Source: the human T2T-CHM13v2.0 reference genome, Homo sapiens
Assembly: GCF_009914755.1 (NCBI RefSeq)
Contig: NC_060942.1
Length of the DNA: 64,000 bases
Direction: 5' to 3' (one strand)
Shown here: one piece after another, positions 32,087-49,422 of the stretch
How the letters are laid out: each line of letters begins with the position of its first letter
Position numbering within the stretch: the stretch's first letter is position 1
Position numbers and translations under genes: made by a program
The notes under the pieces: generated by a model
Told to the model about the DNA's origin: nothing
What the model saw: the letters and a program-made list of their open reading frames with translations, nothing else
Database searches by the model: none

Positions 32087-33079
32087 GTATGTGGTTTCAT
32101 TTCATAAACTCTAAGCTTCAGGTCGGCAAAGAAAGTTGACTTCCTAACTCATCAACTCAGGACGTTTGCATCTTTGTTGGATTTATTCAGAATGAAGGCC
32201 CCCATTAGCCCTTACTTCCTCCTTCCTAACCAATGGGCTACACCGTTGAGTCGGCAGAGTTAAAAAACAAAGCAAAACACTGGAGCAGGTTTTGGGAAAA
32301 TTGGATTTCTAGGCTGAGTCCCTCACTTACTGTATGACATGAGGCTACCCACATAGCCACCCTATACTTCTTTATCTGTTAATAGTTGTTCCACTTATTT
32401 CCAGGGTGGTTATGAGGCTCAAAGGCTGACGCTGGTGTAATCGCAGTTTGAAAAGGTTAACAGTACCACTACACATCGCTCCCTACCAACTCACCCAGTT
32501 AAATAGCACACCCCACCATATTAGCCCACTAATGGTAATTCCCTATATAGACAGAGCATCATTGCTGTCACCAAACATTGATTTCAACGGAATGAAATTG
32601 GCAGAGCAGATATTATTGTCATTTGATAAGTAAGGACACTGAGGTGCTGAAAAGTGAAGCAATCTGTGTAAATTAAGACAGCAAATTGGTAGCAGAGGTA
32701 GTCTGCAAATCCTGACTGCTGACTTGAGGTAGATTCATGGGATGAAACCAGTTCACTAGAATGAAAGCCATGTAACAACCATGTGTTCCTATTTTGTTTC
32801 TTTTCTGGCAGGGAAATGGTACAGAAGTAAAAAGTTCTTTATATACAATGTAGTTTTTCATTTGTATCTTAGCATTTCTAGTAATCGATTTTATGCTTAA
32901 TGAAAAATAATTTGGTGGTTACAGACTTGGAGCATATTCTAATCTCCTAACAGGGAACAAGAGCAGTCCAACTTAGCCATTCTTCACTTTCCAGGCACTT
33001 GCTGATATAAACCTTGTGTTTTAGATTAAGAAAGCAAATAGACATTTGAAGACATTTTAAATGGCTTGCATAACTTTTT

Positions 33080-33382
33080 TTTGTTTTGTTTTTGAGATGG
33101 AGTTTCACTCTTGTTGCCCAGGCTGGAGTGCAATGGTGCAATCTTGGCTCACTGCAACCTCTCTCTGTCTTCCGGGTTCAAGCGATTCGCTCGCCGCAGC
33201 CTCCCGACTAGCTGGGATTACAGGCGCCTGCCACCATGCCCAGCTAACTTTTGTATTTTTTTGTAGAGACAGGGTTTCACCATGTTGGCCAGGCTGGTCT
33301 TGAACTCCTGACCTCAAGGTGATCCACCCACCTCGGCCTCCCAAAGTGCTGGGATTACAAGCATGAGCCACCATGCCCGGCC
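33080..33382 (-). mobile_element. AluS-type, antisense
   Basis: 17-bp TSD ggcttgcataacttttt at 33063-33079 and 33383-33399. Confidence 0.96.
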
Positions 33383-33586
33383 GGCTTGCATAACTTTTTA
33401 TCACAACAGTTTTTACACATTTATATGGTTGAGATGTGTACAAGCCATTTTGTTTGTGTGTGTGTGTGTGCGCACGCATGTGCACGTATGCTTTAAGCCA
33501 CAAAATGTTTTACTTTGGGCTTTAAGAACACTGTCTCATACATCACAGTGGCATTTTAAGATGTTTGTTATAAATTTCCAGAATTT

Positions 33587-34047
<461 letters not shown>

Positions 34048-34560
34048 TTATAGTATTGTTATGGAGATGAAATGAAATAATACATGTAAAGCATTTGAAA
34101 TAGGAGTGTCACATAGGAAGAACTCCCTAAATGTTAGCCATTATTAATCAACACATGCCCTCAATGTGGTTCATATGTGATGTTGATTATATAGAGCAAC
34201 TATTTTGGCTGAAGCTCAACAAAATCCAAGAAATTTATTACTTAAGCAAATGTTTATTTGCCGTTCAGCACAGGAAAGATGTTGTCAGCTAGACCTTCCA
34301 GGGTTTCCTCAGCTGCCCATTACTTGACACAGTGGCTGTGCTGTGCCATCTTTTACTGGGGGTTGTTAAACTGGTCTCTATGTGTGGTGCAGGTGAAATT
34401 CTAGCACAAGAGAAAGTGAGAGTCTCAAGATTAAACCTCCTATTTGCTGGTCTTAGTGTCTGTATCTGTCTTTTAATGTTATAAACTCTTAAATGTAGAT
34501 TTAGATTCTTGTTTTGGGGTTCTTTGTTTGTTTAAGTATTTGGTTTAAAATACAAATAGA

Positions 34561-35150
<590 letters not shown>

Positions 35151-35487
35151 AAATGTAAATGTTTTTAGATTATAACTAGATTTTGCAAAACACAAATTTT
35201 GCTGTATGAAAACTAATCCTCTCCTAGACTCTTGCTTGGATTCCTGGATTACAGAATCAGTACCTTTGTTGCTATTGAATTCCTTCCCCTGTTGTCTTCT
35301 CTCTGTACCTGCTTTACAACTCCTTTTCAATTTTACTTCCCATATTTTTAAATGGTTTCCATTTTTTTGCTCTTTGGTTGATTTTCCCCCCAGCTATTAC
35401 ACCTTAGCATTTTTCTTATGTTAACAATATCCATTCTTTCAGGCTGAGCTCCTCCATTACCAGTAGATAGAAGTTTTGTTGTTGGGA

Positions 35488-35530
35488 TTTTTTTTTTTTT
35501 TATACTTTAAGTTTTAGGGTACGTGTGCAC
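35488..35530 (-). mobile_element. Extreme 3' terminus (~43 nt) of a young L1PA, antisense
   Basis: T-tract plus tatactttaagttttagggtacgtgtgcac, the reverse complement of the L1HS/L1PA 3' end. Confidence 0.85.
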
Positions 35531-37796
35531 TGAGCAATATCAAGTATCCTTTATGTACAAACATGTAAATGTTTCATCCCTGGACAGATAGTATTCTTGA
35601 AAAAGATAGTAGTTATATTGTTTCAGAACTCTGAATTGATATTTTTGTGTCATATGAGAATATTTTAAGTTGCAATATAAGTATGTATATTTGAATATCT
35701 AAAAGAAAATCTTGTAAAAATTGTGCGTATCTTAAATGATAAATATACCTATGAAAGTCTTCATTGTAAAGTGTGCCTATTTTTATGTATTTTATGTAAA
35801 CTAAGCATATTTTTAATGTAAAAGAAGTAATTTCATTTCTACGGTGATATATTCCAACCTGTATTAAAATTTTATTATTGAGTTAATAACTCTAGATTAC
35901 ATTAACACTGTTTCTTGAAAATAAAGTGCAGTAGGTGTTACTTGTAAAGCATATAAAGGTATTAAGATCATTGCAATTTTAAAAACTTAGCAGATAACAT
36001 TTCAGAAAAGATAAGATCATGGTGTATTTAACTAGCTAGTTTCACCAAGCATTGCTATCTTTTCAGACATTAAAAGAAAGTGATTATTCATAGCTTTGTT
36101 ACCAAAGTTTTAAAAACAGTTATTGTTTAAAAGAGCAAACAAATCTCCGTACTGAGATGTATGCTAAAATATGTTTTTAAAACACCTGAATAATTAATTA
36201 TTCATGTACACCTTAAACAGACTATTTGCACCATCTAATCTTGGATAAAATTGAGCTCTGGCATTTTTTTCATTTTGATAATATCTAATGAGATCTGTAA
36301 AGTGATCATCAGGTGTTAATTTCTGTATTTGGATAGGGAGGTTATGTAAGTTATTAGTAGGAAAAATAAAATGAGTTTTTCAGAATTTTCCAGTGAGCCT
36401 GAGTGGATCATTAGTGTTATTATCCTCACCTTTGTTTAGCCCTTTCGCATTGATCTTTCAAACCCCTACCACCAGTCCAGTTTTGCTTGGAGCAGATTGT
36501 GTTCTCTTTTGGTTCTGAAACAGACAGGCCTCCCTCTGGATACAGATTAGCTCTTGATCATCTAGTAAGGAAAACAAGATCTGAGTCACACAGACGCCAG
36601 ACTTGGTTTGGCTGGACCTGGACCTAAGGCCATGCTAAGGCTGCTCATGGCTGAGGAACCTCAGAAGCAGAGGTTGGATATGGCACTTGTTTCTCCTTCC
36701 ACTGAACTGCATAGCAGTCACATTGGTAATATAGTAATTTTGCAACAAAAACCAAGCTATTAGTTAATAGTGACCTATTCTAAACCCTTCCCCCGCTTTT
36801 TTTGACATAGGTTCTCTGTCACCCAGGCTGGAGCCAGGTGTTCTAACCCGTTTTTGAAGTGTATTTTAAGCAGGTGAAATAAGTGTTGATACCTGCGGTG
36901 AATGAAGTTTGTAATTTGGGATTTAAACATCATGTCAGCAACTTCTTTGTCAAATTTCCATGTTCCTGTGGCTTACTGATTCTAAGAACAGCATCTTTTT
37001 AGATGTTTTAATTATCTTTAGAAGATTATTTTCATGTTTGTTCCATGCAGTAATAAACTACTTGGCTAAGTTGAGTGAACTTGTATCTAAAATCTGTGTT
37101 ACCTTAACTGGGAAATGGAGTATGAAGTAGTTTTAATATGCTATACTCTTGAGGACAATGGCTATAGGAAGTTTAAAAAATAAACTGAATATAGATCAGC
37201 TCTCAATCAGCTAGAGAGAAAACCACAATCCCATAGTCACCATGTAGCCAGACTTCGCTTGGCTGGATTCCAGCAAGCCCTGTTTGTTGTTGTTCTTGTC
37301 TCTAAAGTAAAATGAAATAGAGAATATCAGCTCAATCACAAAGACACAAAGAACATGGGGAAATGGCTGGGTAGAATGGATGGAAGAAAGTGGGTTGATT
37401 CTTGGGGAAGTAGGAAATGGATATGAAGACAGGTCAGGAACCAAGTTTAGGCTTTAGTTGGGTGGCGTAGTTGACATAATAGACGTAAAAACGTCAGCTT
37501 GGCATAATGCATATCCAAAACCTGAAACCAGGAGCAGTCATTATTATGGTGCTGGAATCAAGTTAAGTAATAGTTACTGAGGAAATTTTCCAACCGTTGC
37601 GGAATCTAATGTCAATTCCTGTTTGGGACAAGGCTCGATACAAGGACTAAGGAAAGAGGAAGCAAGCAGTGTCTACTGGAAAGTGGCCATTGAAGCCACT
37701 CTGCACCCAGCCTCACCAGGAACAGACTAGCAGGAAGTTAAGACTGCATATTCTCTCTGTCTTTCAAAATTGGTGTAATGAGTTAACCCAGACTAG

Positions 37797-38150
<354 letters not shown>

Positions 38151-38627
38151 CTAAATTCAAAGCCATGCCCATTCTAACAAAATATTGCATACATTTTATG
38201 GAATAGCTTATGTATCTATAAAGATGAACAATTAGTCCTTCATGAACTCATGCATTTTAGAAGGCATCTCTTTAGAGAGGCTTCTGGAGAAAGGAGCACC
38301 ATGACTCAGTCCTCAGAAGAAGTGATCTGTGAGGTGGTTACTGTGGTGCTCTTCAGATCCTGAGGGCAAAGGGAAGTGCACTCACGCACCCAGAAATCTG
38401 GGAGATGCCTGGAATCACTTGTAAATTTCTTTTCAAGTCTCTTTTTCAGTCTAAAAATCATGCTCATTTTATGTTCTACTTTTTATCATTTCTCTTTTTT
38501 TTAATGTAAAAATAATGGCTCTTTCCCTTCTCAATCTGAGTAAAACTAAAGCCCCCAGATGCATGTGCCAGGCATCCTGTAACTTTGTAGTATACCATTG
38601 AGTACCCCCAAGGGCACACATAATTAA

Positions 38628-38932
<305 letters not shown>

Positions 38933-38958
38933 ATAATCAATTTTAAGAAGTGCTGGTG

Positions 38959-39119
<161 letters not shown>

Positions 39120-39449
39120 TTATACAGGATACATTTTCTTAAAGTCAAAATTTGCAGATAACTTAGTTTTAGTGTTTGAGGAAATTCTGTATTTGAACAA
39201 ACAGAATGCTAAGGATTGTTACCCTGCTTGTCATTTTTATCACCTCAAATTCTTGCCAATTTTAAGGTTTCCCAAGGTTTCTTCTAGGCTTCCCAAATCT
39301 AAAATGCAGTTGAGAAAATCATGGAGACACTGTATGTAAATTTAAAAGGAATGCTTTATACAAGATTAAAGGTCTTTCTTTGCAGCTCCCTATAAGGTGA
39401 GGAAGTTTAAACATTAATGCACATTTCTCAGTAATTATATACAAATATG

Positions 39450-39736
39450 ATTTTTTTAAAAAAGAGGGTCTTGCTCTGTTGCGCATGCCGGAGTGCAGTG
39501 GTGCAATCATAACTCACTGCAGCCTCAACTTCCTTGGCTCACAGGAAGCTCCCACCTCGGCTTCCTGAGTAGCTGAGACTCCAGGTGCTCAGGAGCCTGG
39601 CTAATTTCTTAAAATTTATGCGGAGATGGTCTTGCTATATTACCCAGGTGGATCTCGAACTCCTGGCCTCAAGCAATCCTTCCACAACGGTCTCCCAAAG
39701 TGCTGGAATTACAGACGTGAGCCACTGCACACAGCC
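39450..39736 (-). mobile_element. AluJ-type, antisense
   Basis: atcataactcactgcagcctcaact J diagnostics. Confidence 0.9.
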
Positions 39737-40079
39737 ATAAATACAATTTTATGTAGAATAATAGTACTACACTGTGACTCTCAGGTCTGTGTTTAGGGTA
39801 AAAGTTGAGTTCAGACTGACTCATTCAGTTAATAAACCTACTTAGTTGTATCAACATCCCACGTTAGTGATCACTTAGCCTTTTATAACACCAGGAATGT
39901 ATAGTAGTTTAAGAGAATTTGACTAAAAGTTGTATATTGAGAAATAGTACATATGTGTGCATATTTATTTTACTATTAAGCTAAAATGTTCTAGTTCCTA
40001 TAGCATCATAAGAAAGGGAGGCAGTGTAGACTACTTCTGTATGAGACACGATCTATAGGATCCACAGTTCATTATCTGA

Positions 40080-40500
40080 TCCCTCTGCCTGCCCAGCCTT
40101 ATCTTCTGCTCTGGGGCCCAATAGTCTCCAGCCTCAGCAACTGCTCATAGTGAGTTTCCTGATATGCCACACAAACGTTATTCTTGTCTCCTTCCTGCTG
40201 TACCTGCTATTAGCTCTCTCTAGATGTCCACCTGTTCTCACATGCCTGATTAACTTTGATTCTGCACAAAAATCTTCTCTGGAAAGGCCTCTCTGGGGTC
40301 TTGTTATCTGTCCCTGGGCTGCTATGACCTGTGCATACTTCTGCCATATCGTTGATCATACCAGCTAAAGGTGTATTGTTTATTTCCCCCCACTATCTTG
40401 GGAGTTCCTCAAGGGCAGGGACTGTGTCTGCCATCTCCATATGTCCCTGATGATGGCTTATTGCCTGCCGATTTGTAGGTCCTTAATACATTTTCTTTTG
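40080..40500 (+). mobile_element. L2 fragment
   Basis: gagttcctcaagggcagggactgtgtc...gtaggtccttaatacattt L2 3' end signature. Confidence 0.6.
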
Positions 40501-41719
40501 AAAGAATACTTGCATTTATTTACTTCTTATGAAGTCAGTAGGGAAATATGTTATACACTAGCAGCTTTTACCTTGCAAGGGCAAGGAAATCCAGACTGTG
40601 ATTGGGATCCTCATTTTTGGAACTGACTGTGCCACTGGGGAGCACGGTGGAGGTGGTGGACTGGGGATAGTCTGCAGGAAGGAAGGAAGTAGGGTGTTAC
40701 AGAATCTAGCAGCCGGTAGGTTAAGTTGCCATTTCAGGGCAGTACAGGCAGCTATTTGGCAGATGATATATAATACTTTGCTATGAACATTGATATGCCT
40801 GTTTCTTTGGTAATGTTCTGAGGAAAACATAATAAAGACAGGCTCCATGCAGCTTTTGTGATAGTTACACTTAAACTATACATCAAGTTGAATTTCTTTT
40901 TCTTTAAGATATAATGACTTTTTTATGCTCTTATCTAAATGTGTTTGTAATGATTTTCCTCTAAATCAAGAGTTCCTTCTCAGCTATGAGTTATCTCACT
41001 TTTTCTGAGGGTTGCATAATTTTTTGGGCATTCTTACCAGAATTTTGATTATAACAAAGTAATTTTTGTTAGCTATATTCTAGAATGGGCCTGAAAGAGG
41101 GAAAGATAATTTTCTTTTAGTCGTGTTTTAGCCAGATTTAACATTCTATTGAATATATTTTTAAGAAAGTTGTAGTACACTAACCATAGAGGTACATATA
41201 TTAACAATATAAAGGGTCTTTTTTTATTCCAGTTTCACTCAAATATTTTCTATTTGCTTAGTGGTAACCATTATGATTCAGCCAACAAGTGTTTGTGGAG
41301 TACCTCAGCAGTCAGCCTTTGTTGAGGACTATTGAAAGAACATGACAGAGTGCTTCTAAGCGTGTTGCTCACTGTGTTAACACTGGGAGAGCAGCACCAG
41401 ATACCAACATCCTGTAATTTTTTTTTCAACTTTCTATAATTTCTGTGAACGAACCTCCTTCCTGTGTGCAGAAGTATAAAAGGGTGTTTTTGCTTATCTG
41501 CCATTAAAGAAAATGGTTGCATTCTTATGTAGAAATAAACTATGATATTTAAAATGTATTAAAATTGCATTAAAATGCTATCTATTCTATGCTGAATTTA
41601 ACCTAAGCACTGGTATCTCAGTTCCCATCCTAGCAGATTTAATTACTGAAACACCTTACAAGAGTCCTTCATAAACTCACTGAGAAAATGATTGTCATGT
41701 GCCAGGCAATCATTTGTTC

Positions 41720-42190
41720 ATCCTTTTAATGAAACCATTTGTTGAACATCTACACTTTCCAGTGCACTGCGCTTAGGATATCCGGGGAGAAACAGCAGCA
41801 ATCCCTGCTCTCTAGGAGGCCATAGTCTCATGGAAGAAATAAGTAAGCAGATAATTATAACAAGGGACACCAAATTGAAACAGGTTGTAGTAGAGTTGGC
41901 ATTGAGTTGAGTCTTAAAAGGAATCAGGCATATTGCACCAGATAAAAAGCAAGAAAAGCATGAAGAAAAGAGTTCCAAGCACAGAGAGAAGCATGTGTTA
42001 AGGCACAGACAGATGAAAGCATGTCACATGCATGAGCTGCAGGCACTCTGGCATGGGTGGAACATGGAGTGTGAGGAAGCCAGTGTGCAAAGTTGGGGAT
42101 GCCTTGTTGGACATTCTGAGGAGTTTGGTGTCGGGTTGAAGGACACCTGGGAGCAGGCTGACGGACTGAAGCTGGAGTGTGAGCAGGTGG
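41720..42190 (-). mobile_element. L2 fragment, antisense
   Basis: catttgttgaacatctac...ccctgctctctaggaggccatagtct. Confidence 0.6.
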
Positions 42191-42954
42191 AGTAAACCAC
42201 ACTGAGAAACCATCCTGACAGCATACAAGGAGTACATTGAGGGAAGCAAGACCAAAAGCAAATTTCTGGTGCAGCCAGAGCCCTCCGGGGGAAATGGGAT
42301 GCAGGTCAGTCCAGGGTAGTGGAGCTCGACGGAAGGGAACCTGCTGCAGTGAATCAGAGACTCTGTCACAGGAGCCTTGGGGAGCAAACAGTCCTGGGCA
42401 GAGGGGAGGCACAGGAACATCATCTCTAAGAAGGTCTGCATTACAGCCTGCAGCATTATCTTCATAAGTAATTAGTTACCCTACTGAACTCATTTCATAA
42501 TTTGATAATTTAGAGAATGAGCTAGTTTATATCTGTAGAAAAAATTTTTACCAATTTCATAAAATTCAATATTTCTGCAGAATGCCTTTAATCTTTGACC
42601 AAAGGCATTTTCTGACCCCTGAATTTTGTTGTCAACTACTTGCATCCTAAATTACTCACACTTATTAGCTCTTTATTTCCTGTCCCATCAGTGTCCAGTA
42701 GATTGTGTATATCCCCATTTGTTGTCCTGCTATGCTGATGTGTACTGACTCTGTTGGTAGCATGTCCCATTATTACCCAGTATTATCGGGTATCAGTTTT
42801 TCATTAAACTCTGGTTGACTGTTGATGTAACCATTATTTATAATTGAAAAAAACAAAACAAAGCAAAAAAGAGATGACTGTTTTCTCCAATATTTAGGTT
42901 AAGTAAATTAATGTACATCTACTAGAATTAGTATGGGGCTATTAAAGGTGGTGG

Positions 42955-43313
42955 TATATTAGGGCATTCAGGCTGCTATAACAACATGCCTTAGACTGGA
43001 TAATTTATTAACAACAGAAATTTCTTGCTCGCAGTTCTAGAGGCTGGGAAGTCCAAGATGAAGGTACCAGCAGATTTGGTCTGATGAGGCCCCATTTCTC
43101 ATAGATAGTTCCTTCCATGTATGCTTGTCAGGTGCAAAGAGTGAACAAGCTGACTGGGCCTGTTTTATAAGGCCACTAATCCCATGCATGAGGGCAAAGC
43201 CCTTATGACCTCATCTGTTCCCAAAGGCCCCACTTCTTAATACTATCACGTTGGGGATTAAGTTTCAGCATATGATGAAAATTTGTTGGGGGACAAACAT
43301 TCAGACCATAGCA
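42955..43313 (-). mobile_element. MaLR MLT1A-type solo LTR, complete
   Basis: cagttctagaggctgggaagtccaagat...acattcagaccatagca; 5-bp TSD ggtgg/gatgg. Confidence 0.88.
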
Positions 43314-44401
43314 GATGGGAATGAAGATGGGGAAAATGGTTGCAGTAGAGTGATAGAAGAGTAAATGAAATGTAATGAAATTGCACCTATGTTTGAGATT
43401 TTTAAGGCTTTTAAAAAATATATATGAATAAGACTATAAGGAAAAAAAAACAGAATGCTAACCCTGGGTGTGTTAGGGTGGTAGATTTAAGGGTATATTT
43501 TTCTGAGCTTTTCTTTTTGCTCAGCTTTTTGTGGATAATGTGGTTATAATGCTCTCATAATAAAATATGATTATTTAGAATGGCAATATAATTTTTTTCA
43601 TTGCTACTATTTGGAAGCAACTGTATGAAACATTTTGTGTGAGAGCATTGTGTTGTTTGAAGCCTATTGAAAATATATTTACCCAAAAATACAGGTTTTC
43701 ATTTTACCCAATCTCTACCCTTCCCCAATCCCTACTAGATTTAAATTCTTTGAGAATTTTTCCAAATAAAAGGAAGATTTTGTCCACTTTTAAGATCCTG
43801 AAGTTCTTGAGTATAATCTCCCTCCTCCCTTTTTTTAAAGGACTGAAGAGAGAACAAAACAATTCCCCTCTGATCGTTTCTGTAAGCACTTTTGAAACTT
43901 ACAATAAGGTACTAATTCAGCCAGATAATTGAATGCTCTCCACCCCATACTATATACTATATATATTCTGCATTGTTGTATCTAGAGCGCTGACCACTCC
44001 GTTTCTCTTGTGTATGCTGAGCCTTCTCCACCTAGGTTCCCTGCTCCCTGAACACAAGGGCAGCCCCTCTTTTTACAGTACACCTTATTTAAGCTTTACA
44101 TCAGTTTTGTGAGAAAGGAGCTATAATTTCTACTTACAGGTAAAACCTGATTTTTTTGTAACCAACATGACCCTTTTGTGATTTTTCTTTCAAGTTAAAT
44201 TAGGGAGGACCTGTTGGAGAGTCCAGATGTTGATGCCTTGAGGGTAGGATCCATACTTGACTCAGCCCCTTTTTTTTTTTGACACAGATTAGGCAGGCTT
44301 ACCTGCTCATCTTGCTTTTGCCAATTTCTTATTCAGTTTCTTTTGAAATATCTTCTCATTTTGAGTGTGTGTTACCTGCCTTTTCCTCATTTTACATGTT
44401 C

Positions 44402-45036
<635 letters not shown>

Positions 45037-45443
45037 TTCTTTGTTTTTTGTTTTGTTTTAAGAAATTCCTTTAAAGTTCATTTTAATGTTTGAGCTATAG
45101 TTCTCATGGCACGGAGATTTTGTGAGCAATAAGAAAATCTATTAGGATTTTTTAGTTAATGCTTAATTTTAAACGTGGAGATAAAATTAAGTGAAAAATA
45201 TAGGAAGAATAAAGAACATGGATTTTCTGTTATTCAAAGAAAATTAAAAAATTTTTTTTGCATTTAGCAAAATCTATTTTAAATGTTTATGGCAAAGTAA
45301 CAGATAAGCCTCCTTTTCCACATTTGTCTAGTGTATTATAATGAATGGTCAGACTGATTTGCATGCAAAGAGTAGGAGTATAGAATTCCCTGAAGAGCTT
45401 CTCTAGACCATCTCTTTCTTGTTTGCACTTGTTCTTTTTTCAG

Positions 45444-45574
45444 TGTGTGGACCTGAGCTGTAATGAGCTAAGTGAAGTCACATTACCAGAAAACCTGCCT
45501 CCCAAACTGCAGGAGCTAGACCTGACTGGAAACCCGCGCCTTGTCCTTGATCACAAAACCCTGGAACTACTGAA
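45444..45574 (+). CDS. PHLPP1: PHLPP1 coding exon (probably exon 13), 131 nt, last LRRs: [43 protein letters not shown](N)
   Basis: Not in the ORF track; translated by hand. Acceptor ttttttcAG at 45442-45443, donor GTaagt at 45575; phase 0-2 bridges its neighbours. Confidence 0.94.
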
Positions 45575-47829
45575 GTAAGTATTCTGTAAAGCACTGTATC
45601 CCCATCATTGTCCACTGGCAATGGGATTCATATCTTAGTGAAAATGGGAAACAAAATATGAAGCATCATTGACTTGTTAGCTGTGTTAACACACACAACA
45701 GGATATACAAGATGCAGGGAAGCAATGAACAACCAAGATGTAACTTAAATCTCAGTAGTCACTGATAACGTGGTTGTGACAGTTAATGCAAATATTAAGG
45801 AAGGATTTTAAAAGAGATGGATGATGTAGGGAAAATTAACAGTGTAGCGCTGAAATCCAGGTTATTTAAATAAAACCAAGAATGCGGAGTAGTTAGATCC
45901 TACCAATAGTTAGATCTTCACGGTTTGGGAAAGAGGTCATTGATGCTGTTTCATTCTTGATATTGATAAAAGAATTAGTGGTTGGAGTTTTCTATGTAAA
46001 ACCTTAAAGGTCTGCAGTAGGAAAGATGTCTTAATGAGAATGTTCATCATGGAACTCTAAATGTCTATTAAGAATTAAATAATGTTCCACAATTGAATAT
46101 TACAAAGCCATTTAAAATTATTTAGAGCTATATTGCTAACTCAAAAGATCTTTACAGTATATTAAGTGAAAATATTAATAAAATTCACAATGAAGTTTTA
46201 TAGTATAATTCAATTTTTGCATTATAAATTTGTGTGCATTGGGTATATGTACATGTGTATGCATACACACATCTAGAAAATGCCTGAAAGGATATATAAA
46301 AAGAGTTAAAGTGGTGTTATTCTCTGGATAATAGTATTATGGGTAGTGTTTATTTTCTTCTTTAAACTTTTCTGAATTTTCAGAATTTTTTGGGGTATAT
46401 CAGTAGCAGTTTTAAACATTGTCATACATTAGTCATTATGCATGCCATATATGTTTATTCAATGTTGGAATATTTGTTGCCGAAAGTCATCTTCCATTAT
46501 CTTAAGAGAATCAGAAAAGAACGGTAGAATTTTGGTGACTGGTCCGTTAATACTATCCTAGGCTGTAGTGCAAACCAAAGTTTGAAAAGCACTTAAAGTG
46601 ATTCCTGGATAGAATTGGCCTAATTAGTGCCTAATTTGTTGGCATTTTAGTACTTGATGAGAAAATTAATTTTGATACATAGTTGAAAAACACTGCCTGA
46701 GTGTCCTGAGGAAGGCGTAGAGACCGAGGTTCTCTCCATTGTTGATCACATGTATGAAACCTCGGCCTAAACCCCTCCATCTGTCCACACCTATAAGATG
46801 AGAAAAAAAATGGCCTACGTGATCTTTAAGGTACTTTTTAAGATCAAGAAAACATGGATTATCAAAATACATCATCTTTAAACAGATAGCTTTTGAGTAT
46901 TTTTTATACGTAGGATACAAAAATTTTTGAGCATTTTTTTACAAATAAAATTTAAAAATAATTGCACCAAAATTTGTTAATAAATGGAAGTAGCCACTTA
47001 GAGAAAAATTAAAGTTGCATTCTTATATCACACCAAAATCCAGCTGAAATAGTTGAATCTGTAAAATTAAATGATTTTTAAAAGTAATAAATCATATGAA
47101 TATCTTCACAAGTTAGAAAAAGACTTTTTAGGCCAAGAAATGAAGGGAGTAAGTCACAAGAAAAGAAATCAGTACATGTAGATTGGTTTCAATATTTATG
47201 TCGTATATGTTTACACGTAAATATACTTTTTATACATAAAAGTGTTAAATGTCTATTTCCTATTTCAGAAACTCTCAAGAGTAGATATAAATGGCAAATG
47301 ACAAACTAGGAAGAGAAATACAAAAAATAAAAGCATTAATATGCTTACTAGAAAATGTTCTTATATGATAAGAAAAGTACTCAAAATAAACCAAGGACAT
47401 TAACATTTAACAGATGCAGTACAAATAGTTACATGAAAAGATGTTCAAACTTATAAGTATATCAAGCAAATACAAAATAAAATATTTGAATAACATTTCC
47501 CCCCTCAAATTGGTGCTGCTGAAGGAGTATAATTTGGTATTACACTCTTCTTAAAAGCAGTTGTCGTACGTATCAAGCTTTTTAAAATATTCACTTACTC
47601 AGACCAAAGTTTCCTATAGCAAAAAATCATAATACTCTTAAAATGTTACCTTCTGTTTAACATCTGGAAGGTTGTGGATTCTTAATGACTTGGAAGATTT
47701 TCCGTATATTATTTGCACTTTTAGAGGGTTGGTTTGTTTTATGTGAGCCGATTAAGTGCATATGAGGACTCTTCTGTGAGATTGAGCTGTGGTTCACAGA
47801 ACTCTGACTCATTTAAAGATATACAAGAT

Positions 47830-48122
47830 GGCCGGGTGTGGTGGCTCACGCCTGTAATCCCAGCACTTTGGGAGGCCGAGGTGGGTAGATCACCTGAGGT
47901 CAGGAGTTTGCAACCAGCCTGACCAACATGATGAAAACCCGTCTCTACTAAATACAAAAAAATTGGCGGGCGAGGTGACGCATGCCTGCAATCCCAGCTA
48001 CTCAGGAGGCTGAGGCAGGAGAGTCACTTGAACCTGGGGGCGGAGGTTGCAGTGAGCCGTGTTACGCTATTGTACTCCAGCCTGGGCAGCAAGAGCGAAA
48101 CTCCGTCTCAAAAAATAAAAAA
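47830..48122 (+). mobile_element. AluS-type, sense
   Basis: TSD taaagatatacaaga at 47814-47828 and 48123-48137. Confidence 0.95.
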
Positions 48123-49076
48123 TAAAGATATACAAGAGTCAGCATTCATTTCACTTCAGATAGCTGCTCAGCCACACTGTGTTCAGCTAGGTAGAGAAGA
48201 GAAATTGCTGCTTCACTAGAAAGAATTATTTGTGTGCTGGGGAGAGGGGGCAGTTAAGAGTTATTTTTTTTTTCCTTTAATAATCAGGCTAGGAAATGGA
48301 ATTATTTCTCTGAAGACTTTGTGTTCTGTAAAAATTATAAATGCCTTTAAAAATGAGCCTTCACTTTTCCCTAGACTTCAGGATGGTATCTAAGAGCCTT
48401 AGGATATGTCTTAAGAAACCTATTGTATTGCTGACTGTTTTAGATGGATAAAATGGAGTACCAGGTCATATGGAGAGCAAATAATGGAGGACTGTCCTTT
48501 TTTTTGTTAATGCCTCTTTTATTTATAGAATTGAAAACTTTGAAAAAAAGATTTAGCTCCAGCCTTATTGTAAAACAAGGTATTAACTTGATTTGGGGAT
48601 TTTCTATTGACACTATGATTTATGTTTTTCAAGACAAGATGGAAAGTAAATGTTTGCTAGTAATTGAGAGTAGAAACTTTTCTTTAACCATATATTTTTA
48701 AATTTCAGAAAAATTGCCATCAGTTATTTCTAGTTACAAAGGGAATACAAGTTAGATATTGATTTACTTCTTAGAGCTTTAACTGGTTCTTAGGAAGGAT
48801 ATACAGTATTTGTTAGATTTGGGAGTAATGAGTACCAACAGATAATTTTAATTCTTGTGGTCATGACCAGAACTATGTAGGTGTTGCTTCAGTTGTCAGC
48901 AGATAATACATATACTTTTTCCCTTGTTTAAATAATAATGAGGGGGAAACTTAGTGGCAATTTACAAGTAAGAGGACTTATTTCACCTTGTGGTAGCCAG
49001 CCTTTTAACAGACTACTTTACATCTGTTAATGACTCCCTGTTTAGGGGCACAGAATGCTTTCTAGAGGCTGATTTT

Positions 49077-49422
<346 letters not shown>

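Noticed and set aside
41924-42467. Overlapping 155-162 aa minus-strand ORFs in a GC-richer patch
   Set aside because: Largely over an L2 remnant, with no recognisable domain or splice structure
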